A DNA stretch of 64,000 nucleotides from Octopus sinensis. Its lineage: Eukaryota. Below are positions 25,203 through 36,667 of the stretch, piece by piece (positions within the stretch are counted from its first letter, which is position 1; the number at the start of each line of letters is the position of its first letter). The notes below the pieces were generated by a model that did not search any database, was not told the origin of the DNA, and saw only the letters and a program-made list of their open reading frames with translations. The stretch covers positions 109,058,001 through 109,122,000 of the forward strand of contig NC_043002.1 of NCBI RefSeq assembly GCF_006345805.1, read 5' to 3'. The position numbers and the translations under genes are program-made.

Positions 25203-26540
25203 TTATCTGTTTTCAAGATCATCAGCCAAAGATTCTATTTTGACATAAACTGGAGTTGATAACGTCCCGTTTGAATTCCCCCCAATATTTTTTGTATCTT
25301 TATTATGACATGTCATCTCATCAGCAACGGATCTCTTGTCTTTCCTTCTGCTAGTCTGAGGTATAATTTGGTCAAAGGACATTGAGTTCTCTTGTGTTCT
25401 GTACATGGATTTGTACTGTTCTTCTATAGTTCTTTGCAAAGAATTTTTAAATGTATTGTCTTTTTGTAAACTCTGCCCCCTGGAATTGTTAATTCCATTT
25501 ACGGAGTTCCTTATAGTTTCTGTTAAGTCACGGTTACCATTAGCAAGTCCAGTAGAGTCTCTAATAATTACATCTTCAAGGATTTCGTCTTTTATTGTGA
25601 CTTCTGGGATTCTGTTATTATTGTCTGGAGAATCATCTTCCATCGGTTCCTTCTTCAGAGTCACTACACTTTTATTATTATTTGCTGAGTTTGAAATTCT
25701 TAATTTACCAAGTCTATTGTCTGTTTCTGATTCAGAATGATTCAAGTTTTTAGGAGACAAAGAAGAGTCTTTTAACTTCACAGAAAGACAATTTGAAGCA
25801 ACATAAGGCTGCAAACACTCAGAATTTTCAAATTTCTGTACATATTTTTTGGTGCCCCAGTAAGCTGGTTTACAGCCAGGATATGATACAAGAACAAACA
25901 CATCACAACCCATTTGTGGCAATTTTGAAGCTTCTTCAAACAGTTTCATGTAGTCTATTTGTAATCTGGAATCAGTTTCCGGACAATTCACCAGACTAGA
26001 TTGCTTCACTGTATCTGCACAACCATTTTTAGAAGTCTGGTGCTCAGAAGGATTTACACCCCTTTTACTGAGATGAACATCTGGGCTGGCATTTAGACCC
26101 AAAGATTGGAGGTTTTTGAAAGACAAACTTTCTGCAGCATGTAAAGACCTTGGCATCAAACTTGCAAGAGAATTGTCTACTTTCTGTAACTGCTGCAGCT
26201 TTTTCCTTTGTTGGAATGACATGTTCAACTGGTGTCGGTTATGGAAAACTGTTTGATTTTTAATACGTTCATCCTGGATCCTCATTTGGGGTTTGTCTTT
26301 GTTCGGTAAAACAGAAGCCAACAGGGCCGTGTTTGTTCGGGACACTGGTACCACAGAATGGACTTGAGAATGGTTTTGTTTGTTATCCCCTGTCCAGAGT
26401 TGAGAAGCTGTTTTAGATTGGTTCACAGGATGATGATGTGCAAGGGCCAAGGTGCCTTGAATGTTATAAGTGTTTCCATCTGTTCGTCTTATTTTTGTTG
26501 GTGTCAATAAGTTGCTTTCTACCAGTTCAGAGTGATTAGC
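25203..26540 (-). CDS. Terminal coding exon (445 aa) of the antisense gene; mostly low complexity, with a MADS-like motif
   Basis: 458-aa ORF; acceptor ttattgtttcag|GCT at 26540, phase 0; long open frame before the first in-frame Met implies splicing to an upstream coding exon. Confidence 0.8.
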   Translation of the reverse strand, partial: ANHSELVESNLLTPTKIRRTDGNTYNIQGTLALAHHHPVNQSKTASQLWTGDNKQNHSQVHSVVPVSRTNTALLASVLPNKDKPQMRIQDERIKNQTVFHNRHQLNMSFQQRKKLQQLQKVDNSLASLMPRSLHAAESLSFKNLQSLGLNASPDVHLSKRGVNPSEHQTSKNGCADTVKQSSLVNCPETDSRLQIDYMKLFEEASKLPQMGCDVFVLVSYPGCKPAYWGTKKYVQKFENSECLQPYVASNCLSVKLKDSSLSPKNLNHSESETDNRLGKLRISNSANNNKSVVTLKKEPMEDDSPDNNNRIPEVTIKDEILEDVIIRDSTGLANGNRDLTETIRNSVNGINNSRGQSLQKDNTFKNSLQRTIEEQYKSMYRTQENSMSFDQIIPQTSRRKDKRSVADEMTCHNKDTKNIGGNSNGTLSTPVYVKIESLADDLENR

Positions 26541-26685
26541 CTGAAACAATAACCATGAGAAAAACATTAGAGAAAACAATTATTACAAAGATATCTTTTT
26601 ACAATATATTTACTCCCATACTAATTCCATTGTGCTAATCTCACTTGTTCCCTTCACAAGCAAACACAAAAATCCTACATCACTG

Positions 26686-27080
26686 AATCATCATCATCAT
26701 CATCATCATTTAGCGTCCGCTTTCCATGCTAGCATAGGTTGGACAGTTCAACTGGGGTCTGTGAAGCCAGAAGGCTGCATCAGGCCCAGTCTGATCTGGC
26801 AGTGTTTCTACGGCTGGATGCCCTTCCTAACGCCAACCACTCCACGAGTGTAGTGGGTGCTTTTTACGTGCCACCTGCACAGGTGCCAGACGGAGCTGGC
26901 AAACGGCCATGAACGGATGCTGCTTTTATGTGCCACCGGCACGGAGGCCAGTCGGGGCGGCACTGGCAACGGCCACGAACGGATGGTGCTTTCTACGTGC
27001 CACCGGCATGAGGGCCAGGCGAGGCTGGCAACGACCACGAACGGATGGTGCTTTTTACGTGCCACCGGCACGGAGGTATC
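26686..27080 (-). mobile_element. RTE tail copy with about 4 minisatellite units
   Basis: (CAT)n, family core, and repeated gtgccaccggcac...ggcaacggccacgaacggatgg units. Confidence 0.75.
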
Positions 27081-28274
27081 AATAAAAACAAACTTAGTGC
27101 TGAAATACACTTCATTCTTCTTTAATATATCCAGTGTAAGGCAGCAAGCCGGCAGAATTTGGATAGTTATACTTTTATATTGTCATAAAGTTCTCTTGAC
27201 TCTGTTGGCCACAAATGACCATGGGTGCACCTAAAAGGTCCATCCTCCAGGGTACAAGTCTGGGTGGAAAGTTGCCTCACTGGCGAACGCACAACTTGGG
27301 GTTGTTTTTGTGGAAGACCAGCAGCACCCATGCACACCAGCCTCCCCTTTCCACGCCACTGATGTTATCCAAGGGAAAGGCAACAGCCAACACAGCTTGG
27401 TACCAGTGACATTGCAATTCATTTCTACAGCTGAGTGAACACAACACACAGCCCAGCCCAGGAATCGAACTCAACCTCATGCTCGTAAGCTCGATGCTCT
27501 GACCACTGATCCAAGCACCTTCATGAAACATATTCCTAAATATGGGAATACAGACAGTCCATCAGATACACTGGTTAGTATGTCTGATGAGTTGTCTCTA
27601 TTTCCAAGTGCAATACTAGACGCAAAACAAATGGTAAACTTATATGTCATAACTAGGAATATACTACTTGACATTTTTTAAGTGTATGTCTATATATGTC
27701 AATCAAAATCAAAATCAAATCAAGTTCGAAATCAAAATGGGAATTGTAGTTGTGGCCGATGCCAGTGCTGCCTGACTGGCTCCCCATGTCGGTGGCATGT
27801 AAAAAGCACCCACTACACTCTCGGGGTGGTTAGCGTTAGGAAGGGCATCCAGCTGTAGAAACATTGCCAGATCAGATTGGAGCCTGGTGCAGCCTCTTGG
27901 CTCACCAGTCCTCAGTTAAACCGTCCACCCCATGCCAGCATGGAAAGCAGACATAAAACGACAACGATGACGACGACGATGATGATGATGATGATTGTTG
28001 AAATGCTCAAGTGAAGAAATGCAGATGTTTGCTGCATGCAAGACAACGCGTGGACAAAGGACATAGATATAAATTCTTCTAAATAGGGAGAAGTGATGGG
28101 GTAGGCAGGTTAGGAATACTTGTGGCAGAGAAGTGGGTAGAAGTGAGCAAGAAAATGGACAAGACCCTTCTTCCATCAGGTAAATGACCCTACACAATAC
28201 ACAGAAAAGGTGCAGGCAGGCAGAATGGTTCGTATTAGGAAGGGCATCCATCCATAGAAACTATGCCAGAACAG

Positions 28275-28340
<66 letters not shown>

Positions 28341-28709
28341 CATATAAGAAGCCCGTCGTATATGTATTTATGTATGTGTGTATCTGTTTGTGTGTGTGTG
28401 TGTTTGTCTCCCAACATCGCTTGACAGCCGATGGTGGTGTGTTTACTTCCTCGTAACTTAGCAGTTCAACAATAAAGACTGGTAGAATAAGTACTAAGCT
28501 TATAAAGAATAAGTCCTTGGGTAGATTTGCTCGACTAAAAGCGGTGCTCCAGCATGGCCACAGTCAAATGGCTGAAACGAAAAGAATATATATATATATT
28601 TCTTTACTACCCACAAGGGGCTAAACATAGAGGGGACAAACAAGGATCGACAAAGGGATTAAGTCGACCCCAGTGCGAAATTGGTACTTTATTTATCGAC
28701 CCTGAAAGG

Positions 28710-28752
<43 letters not shown>

Positions 28753-28902
28753 CACACAGAGAGTGGGGCACCACCCGTTGCGATGACAATGGAACTGGTT
28801 GCTCTTGAATTTAACATGCAAGTGGCTGAGCACTAGCAACATGTCACCGTAAAGGCATTTCAAATGATGATGACGATGGTGTGTGTGTGTGTGTTCGCTC
28901 AC

Positions 28903-29060
28903 CTTGTTGAAGTCATCTATTTTCAAATCGTTTGATTTCTCATACGAAACGGAAGTTATGTCCCATATTGAACAACATTGAAAGGAAATTAAGCGATAAA
29001 GCAACAAAAACAGAATATCATGGCTTGAATATATATATAAAAAAAAACTTCCGGAAATAC
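28903..29060 (-). promoter_or_regulatory. Candidate alternative promoter / short first exon on the minus strand
   Basis: Strong minus-strand donor AAG|gtgagc at 28903; ETS-like CGGAAGT (about 28950-28956) and TTCCGGAA (about 29049-29056); no in-frame ATG. Confidence 0.3.
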
Positions 29061-29859
29061 TCGACTAAGATGACATGGCACTACTTTCTGATATGGAATC
29101 GTCACCTTTTCTTTTATATCTAAATATTAGTAATATATTTTATTCATTTATTTTCAACCAACAAATAATGTGTAATATCTAAGAGACAGTTACAGATCTC
29201 TTCTGGAGAATTATACAGTATACAACTTTACAAAATGAGTGGCCAAAAGGACTAAAGCTGTATAAATGCTTTATGTCTATACGAAGATCTACAAATGGAA
29301 TCGAAATCTGTCGATAAATAAGAATTTATTTTATATTTTAAATTTATTCTTCAAGCTTCATTTTGTCAATATTTTATTAACGACGATTTCGTTTTATTCC
29401 AGGTGTCGAGGTTAAAAACCGCTGGCAGAACGGTTAGCACGCCGGGCAAAATGCTTAGCGGTATTTCGTCTGCGTTACGTTGTGAGTTCAAATTCCGCCG
29501 AGGTCGACTTTGCCTTTCATCCTTTCGGGGTCGATAAATTAAGTACCAGTTACGCACTGGGGTCGATGTAATCGACTTAATACCTATGTCTGTCCTTGTT
29601 TGTCCCCTCTGTGGGTAATAAAGAAATAGGTTTCAACAAGATCTCATACATATTCTATCCGAACTTATATAGTCGCTCACTAATAAAACAGATGTTTACA
29701 GGGAAATAGGAAATAGAGAGTAAACGAAAAAAAATATTGAGAATCGATCTGATTCAGTGATTTAAAGGAGAGAATATCTGCAATTATTTTAAACCGAAGT
29801 AATTTCAAAATAGTTGTCACTGTGACATTTAAAATATAGGTGGAGTTATAGAAGCAGTT

Positions 29860-29942
29860 GTTTTCCCGCCGTTACGCCTAGATAATACAAACGACCAATC
29901 AACATTCCGATATGGTAGCACGTGACATAAATTTCGCGGGAG
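29860..29942 (+). promoter_or_regulatory. Candidate E2F-type proximal promoter of the SRA gene
   Basis: TTTCCCGC (29862-29869), CCAAT (29895-29899), CACGTG (29919-29924) and TTTCGCGG (29932-29939), 160-240 nt upstream of the ATG in a locally CpG-rich segment. Confidence 0.55.
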
Positions 29943-30101
29943 ACTGGAACCCACACAGAACGTGTATCTGTATTTACAGCCACACAGTTCTCTGACGGAG
30001 TCGAAAAGAAGACTCTTTTAATTGAAATTCATCAGATTTCTCTGATATATTTCCCTGTTGAAGATTGAATCGGTTTTAATCTCTTTTTCTAAAAACGAAA
30101 A

Positions 30102-30185
30102 ATGTGCAGCGAATACGAAAAACTTCGTCTGAAAAATCTCGCCGACAATCGGAGGGTTTTGGCTGAGCTGGGAATCCGTCATTCT
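30102..30185 (+). CDS. SRA-only gene exon 1 (MCSEYEKLRLKNLADNRRVLAELGIRHS)
   Basis: ATG at 30102, 28 codons, donor TCT|gtaagt, phase 0. Confidence 0.85.
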
Positions 30186-31865
30186 GTAAGTTGTTTTTCG
30201 TCCATATTAAGTTATTCTTTTCTTTGTTTCCTCTTCTTAAATTATCGGTTAAGCAGGGTTAAACCGGCTAAGCCGGTAACACACGTGCTTTTTCAATGAA
30301 GTTTTAGCTTTTATCTTTCACAAAAGCATAAATTTTCATATCTTAAGGAGATAGGGAACTTTTTCATGGTAATTTTTTTAAATATTCAATATTTTTTTAA
30401 AAACTCCTAACAAATTTATAAGTGTCATTTCTAAAATTATTTACAAAACCACAATGTTTCAAATAAGAAAATTTGTTGTTTATCAACGAATTTATTTTAA
30501 AAAGTAGAGCGAATTGCTTTACTGTAGATTTTTATGTAGATTTTAAAAAAGTTTTCGGTTGTGAAATTATTTTTAAAAAAAGAAAACGTTTCACCGCACA
30601 TCTCGTATTGTTGCAGATTCTATTTCCTGCTAAAACATTCAAAATTAATATTTTGGGGGCAAGTTGGGAAGACAGTAAATGACTAAATCAACGGCCACCT
30701 GTTTTTTTGTATTGCGGAAATGAAATAGATTGCCATAATATTTTATCTACTGCCGGCATAATGCTTTTACTAAGAGCCTCTAGTTAAGTGGTTGCTCTAC
30801 ATGATAGAAATAGTAGCCAAATCACCCTCGAAGCACACCCCATCATTTTAGAAAATAACGTCATATATTGCTATCCCTGAATCATCAGTTGATAGTGAAA
30901 AGACGAGAGGGTCACGGTTGGCATGTTCTTGATCATTGATTTACTGGATTGGAGTTGTCCTAGAGCTAAACAACATCGACCAAACTTACAACTTTTCTAA
31001 GAAAATAGCAGCTTAATCCATGCATATCACAACCCTATGTTTATAGAGCACAACAGGGGATAATGTAATCTTTGATACATTGAAGAAGAAAAAAAAGTTA
31101 CGAGATGGTCGTGGCTGGAACGTTTTTGATAATAGATCTGTCTTTACTATCGTATCGAGCCACGGTCATCTCGTCCTCATATTGGAGTCTCTCCCTCCAG
31201 ACCAGTCACTAACCACTTCGTTGCTGAGTCTTTCCTCTTGGGTGGTCGATCTTCTTGGAATCGGTTTCTGGCGCCGTGGGCACGCAATTAATTAAAGCGG
31301 GATATTGCCCATTCAGGGCTGACCTGGGTCAGCCATTCAAGTTGCATGGCAACCTCGCTAGTGTCAGTAGCACGAAAAAAAAGCACCTGGTACGTGTTGT
31401 AAATTGCTTGGTGTTAAGGGAAAGCTGGATCCTGTGATCCTATATTTCAAATACTGGCTAAATAATAACGGGTATTTGAAGAACTGTTTCATTATTTTGA
31501 AAATTGATTGCAACAAAGTGTATTTCAGCAGAAATCTGGGAACAAAACAGTTACATGATGGATGTCTGTATGTCGTGGCTTGACTTGTTGGAAATAGCAG
31601 TCAATCTCCTTCATATCATGCTATTGACTCAAGCATAATAATGAACCAGAGGCTGTCGACAATAATAATTACAGGATTTTATGGGGATCTCCCCCATAAA
31701 GACTGACAATGCTATTAAAGCAAGGAGACCGGGTATGATTGAAGAAAACAAAGGGAAAAAATAACTATATCATCATAGACTTTGCAATAGCATTTGATGA
31801 GAGATAGGGAGATTTGTGAAAGGTGACAATTATAAGCCCTAAAATTCACTCCATAATTGCCCACA

Positions 31866-32083
31866 GGCATATGGCATAGTGGTTAACCCCAAGATTCCAA
31901 GTTCAATTCCAGACAGTGACCTGAATAATAATAATAATAATATCGAAAAATACTTTAGGAATGAGAACCCAGGTTGAAAATTTCCCCAAGACACCTGATG
32001 AAGGCTGGAGGGTATATCAGCCGAAACGTTGTGTTAACAATAAACAAGATGGGGACAAATATCTGTCAAATGTAAATAATGTA
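31866..32083 (+). mobile_element. tRNA-headed short element carrying the hammerhead
   Basis: A box TGGCATAGTGG (31872-31882), B box GTTCAATTC (31901-31909), (AAT)n spacer, hammerhead, and a 3' tail also present at 2813-2891 on the minus strand. Confidence 0.65.
31990..32035 (+). ncRNA. Minimal type I hammerhead ribozyme (Penelope-type)
   Basis: GACAC (stem I) - CTGATGA - A - GGCTG [GAGGGTATAT] CAGCC (stem II) - GAAA - CG - TT - GTGTT (stem I'). Palindromic ACGT forms a loop-less stem III; predicted GUU cleavage after 32030. Confidence 0.7.
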
Positions 32084-32113
32084 TCAATTGGTCTTGTAGT
32101 AAATAGTGCACTT

Positions 32114-32353
32114 GTGGAGATGTGTGGCTTAGTGGTTAGGGTGTTGGACCCATGATCTTAAGATTGTGGTTTCGATTCCTGGGCCAGCTGACGTGTTATG
32201 TTCTTGAGCAAAACACTTCATTTCTCATTGCTCCGGTTCACTCAACCAGCAAAAATGAATAATCCTGCGACAGACCGTGGTCCTGTCCAGGTGGGGGAAT
32301 ATATATCACCATTGAAAGCAGGAAACCGGCCCTCATGAGTTTGGCATGGCTCG
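32114..32353 (+). mobile_element. tRNA-derived SINE, E head + tail 2
   Basis: E-type head followed by ggaaaccggccctcatgag...ggctcgag. Confidence 0.7.
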
Positions 32354-33890
32354 AGTGGTGGTGGGGAGCTCAGTGCACTTGGCACAATACCCAAGGTGCT
32401 ATCTATGAGGCTGAAAAGCATTAGAATTGAGATATGTATTGTTGACTTGCCTAAAAGTAGCATCCTGTATTCTGCGAGAATCAGAAGAAACATTTTTGAG
32501 ATTTGAGGAGCCTTGCTGTCACAAAGCCTCAAAACAATATCCCTGTTAACTAAATAAGTATGGCACAAGGCCAGTAATCGTGAGGGGAGGAAGTCGATTG
32601 CATTGACGCCCTACCCCCGCTTGCCTCGTATGTGACTGGTAATTGTTTACACGTTTCAGTCAATCGACTATGGCCATGCTGGAGCATACCTTTAGTCGAA
32701 GAAATTTACCCTAGGACTTATTTTTGTAGGCCTTGTACTTAATCTATCAGTCTCATTTGCTGAACTGCTAATTTTCAGGGACATAAACACACCAACATCG
32801 GTTGTCAAGCGAGGTGGGGGGGGGGGCACAGACACAATCACACACGCACACACATACATATATATACATGATGGGCTTCTTTCAGTTTTCGTCTACCGAA
32901 TTCACTCACAAGGCTTTGGTCGGCCTGAGGCTATAGTAGAAGACACTTGCCCAAGGTGCCATGCAGTGGGACTGAACCCAGAACCATGTGGTTGGAAGCA
33001 ATCTTCTTACCACACAACCACATCCTGCACCTATTTATTTTATTAAACTAGTGAAAAATAAAAAGCAAATGTGTTGAGCATTTTGTTAAATCTATTAATG
33101 ATTCTGCTTGCTCAATGCCTTATTAATAATGTTATGGGTAACCGGGTACAATGTTACTAAGCAAGAAGACAGGGTACCACTGCCGTGGCGCTTTTTCAGA
33201 CTGAGCCTGAACGGGGCTAAACATTTACAACCCTGCACAGAAAAGTTAAAATGTAGAAGAACAGCTAAACCCTGATATAACTGCTTTACTCTTTTACTTG
33301 TTTCAGTAATTTGACTGCGGCCATGCTGGAGCACCACCTTTAGTTGAGCAAATCGACCCCGGGACTTGATTCTTTGTAAGCCCAGTACTTATTCTATCGG
33401 TCTATTTTGCCGAACCGCTAAGTGACGGGGACATAAACACACCAGCATCGGTTGTCAAGCAATGCTAGAGGGACAAACACAGACACACAAACATATACAT
33501 ACACATACATACATACATATACATATAAACGACAGGCTTCTTTCAGTTTCCGTCTACCAAATCCACTCACAAGGCATTGGTCGGCCCGAGGCTATAGCAG
33601 AAGACACTTGCCCAAGATGCCACGCAGTGGGACTGAACCCAGAACCATGTGGTTGGCATGCAAGCTACTTACCACACAGCCACTCCTGCGCCTATGGCGG
33701 GAATATATTAAATGTTGTCTCTGCTGGATTCTTGATAAACTGGTGAGGAACAGCATAGGAAAAAGATGCTGCTGATCACTAATCTTGAGCAGTATTCTTT
33801 TACTAGTTTCAGTCATTTGCCAAACCACTAAGTTTTGGGGACAAATACACCAACATAGGTTATCAAGTGATGGAGAGAGGAGGGACAAAG

Positions 33891-33923
<33 letters not shown>

Positions 33924-35953
33924 CAATGGGCTTCTTTCAGTTTCCTTCTACCAAATCCACTTACAAGGTGTTGGTCGGCTTGAGGTTATAGTAGAAGACA
34001 CTTGCCCAAGGTGCCACATAGTGAGACTGAACCCAGAACCATGTGGTTCGTGAGCAAGCTACTTACCACACAGCCACTGCTGCATCTGTTTGTTTATTTT
34101 ACTTGTTTCAGTCATTTGACTGCAGCCATGCTGGAGCACCACCTTTAGTCAAACAAATCGACCCCAGGAAATATTCTTTGTAAGCCTTGTATTTATTCTA
34201 TCGGTCTCTTCTGCCAAACTGCTAGGTTCTGGGGACATAAACACACCAACACCGGTTGTCAAGCGATGAAGTGGGAAGGACGAACACAGACACAAGGACA
34301 CACACATCATCATCGTTTAACATCCGCTTTCCATGCTGGCATGGGTTAGACAGTTTGACTGCAGTTTGGAAAGCCAGTGGCTGCATCAGGCTCTGGTCAG
34401 ATCTGGCAATGTTTCTACAGCTGGATGCCCTTCCTAACACCAACCACTCCAAGAGTGTAGTGGGTGCTTTTTACGTGCCACCTGCACAGGAGCCTGGCAT
34501 CGATCACATTCAGATGGTGCTCTTAATGTGCCACCAAAATATATACATGATGCGCTTCTTTCAGTTTCCGTCTACCAGATTCATTCACAAGGCTATAATA
34601 GAAGACACTTGCCCAAGGTGTTGCGCTGTGGGACTGAACCCAGAACCATGTGGTTGGGATGCAAGCTTCTTACCATACAACCGTGCCTGTAAGTGCAACT
34701 TTTTTTTTTTTTTTTTTGCTCAGGAGCCCAGGTGGAGGGTAAAGTTAGACACAAGGGCCCAGGGGTCTGAGATGGTTAATATTCAAAGCTTAATCAAAAC
34801 CCGACATTTGGCTCTCAGGTTTACTATTATGGAAATAACCACTTCCTCAATGTTTTCAATTCCAATTTTCTAAGCATGTTCTTTGTGGAACGGTCTTCAT
34901 TTGTTTACATTTCTTCTGCTTTCTGTTCCGATGGTGACCAGCTACATGCAAATTATCATCACTGTCACTCAGCATCCAGCAAGCCAGAGGACAATCGTAT
35001 GGTTTTGTCTTTTTCATGCCAGCCATTTGGCAACACTAACCCTAGTGAGGTGACCAAGTAACTTAGAAGACAATGAGAAAAACAACCTTTAACAGAGTAG
35101 GAGGGGGTAGGTGGCTTGATGCCACATTTTAGTAAGGCAGAAGGACAGGGGCACAGGTGTCTTGCTGTAGAGGAGATATATAGCTACCTTGCATATTATA
35201 TAAAAGTGGGTAGGAAAAAACTGAAAGCACAATGATGGTGCTGACCGGGTGTCGGTGCCTACTTTCAAGGTACAAGAAGGTGAGTGTAAGAGAGGGAATG
35301 CACACGATTGGGCAGGGTGGGTGGATAAATTCCTTAGTTTGAGAGGAGAGCAACAGGTGGTTAGAGATAGGGGTAGGAGTGAATGTAGGGATGGTGGGGG
35401 TGAAGAAAAAAGGGGATAAATAGCAATAAACCCTTAGATCAGAAAATAGGGAGATGATGTGTGGGGATCGGACAGTGATGGAGGAGAATATAAGCATAAA
35501 TGCATATCTATATTTCATTTGGATTTGTAAATTTGATTTAAGAAACACACAAAATCCGTTAGATTCACTTCAACATTTAAATTTAATTTATCAAAATATT
35601 TCCATCACTTGAGACCACGACCTGTTCAGACAAAATTCCGTGCTGCATCTCAGTGAACAGGTCATGGTCTCAAAGCAACAAAAATATTTTGGCAAATTAA
35701 ATTTAAATGTTGAAGTGAATCTAACGGTTTTTGTGTTTCTTAAATGGCTTATAAACACCTTCCATGCTGCAAATGTTTTCGTTCCAGCACACAATCTTGG
35801 ATCAGGTCACTTGCTATGCAAGTACATCTCTGTAAATTTGAATGTTTAAGAAAATGAACACAGCACTTCAAATTTTCAACAAGAGAAACAATTTTGCTCT
35901 AAAATATCTTTTGCTGGAGAACCGAAAAGGTTATTTGAAACAGGAAGTCTTAC

Positions 35954-36667
35954 CGATTTGTGTTTTAATTTCTCCAAACAGATTCTCAAATCATCTGAAC
36001 TGCCATTGTCTTTTAATGTTTGAATGGTAAAACTTGGTTGCTTCAAGTTGTTGATTGGCGACTTTATAATCTTGCCGTGGCTTCCAACACCATCGGGGGT
36101 TCTCAGTTCATTTTTAGCTGCATTCAAACTCTGTAAGGAGGCGGTCATTGTTGCTGTGTCCAAGTCATTGCTTCGCATTGTCTTTACTTGATGGCTGCTG
36201 CTCTCACTCTGACCTTTTTTGTGCTTGCTGTTACCATGAGGGATAGCTGTGTGTAGTTTCTCATCTCCAAGATAGTGTACAAGCATTAATGTTCTCCTGT
36301 CATCTTTTGCATCCGCCAGGCGGTAGATGTGGCGCCTGAATCCATTAAGGCAATCACTTTTCTTGCTGCCATTTCTGTCTTTTAGACTGAAGTAGGTCTT
36401 CATAATGGCATGGCGCTTTTGACTTTTTGAATGGAAGTTGTTCCCTCTGTTAACCCACCAGTATTTATCTTTGACTCTTCTGTCATGGGGACCAGATTTG
36501 TAAAGGTAAACATCACCACCTTTGGGGAAGAGTGGTGGGGACAGTGTAATTTTCGCTGGGTCTGGGTGTCGGAGAATTGCTTCCACTTCAATGAGAAGGA
36601 AATCATCATGTTTGTTTTCTTGATATGTTAGGTTTCGGTGAGTTTCTTCAAGTAAAACCTGAGGCAT
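35954..36667 (-). CDS. Coding exon (238 aa) with a CG-1-like (CAMTA-type) DNA-binding domain
   Basis: ATG at 36667, preceded by acceptor ttcttacag| at 36731 (64-nt 5'UTR with an in-frame stop). Motifs PPLFPKGGDVYLY, KDKYWW, FRRHIYRL, LVHYLGDE, PHGNSK. Donor TCG|gtaaga at 35954 is phase 0, matching exon 26540. Unspliced, the ORF stops at 35876. Confidence 0.8.

Noticed and set aside
35876-36667. Calling the CG-1-like ORF CAMTA
   Set aside because: No TIG, ankyrin or IQ sequence is visible, and similarity is limited to one domain judged by eye.
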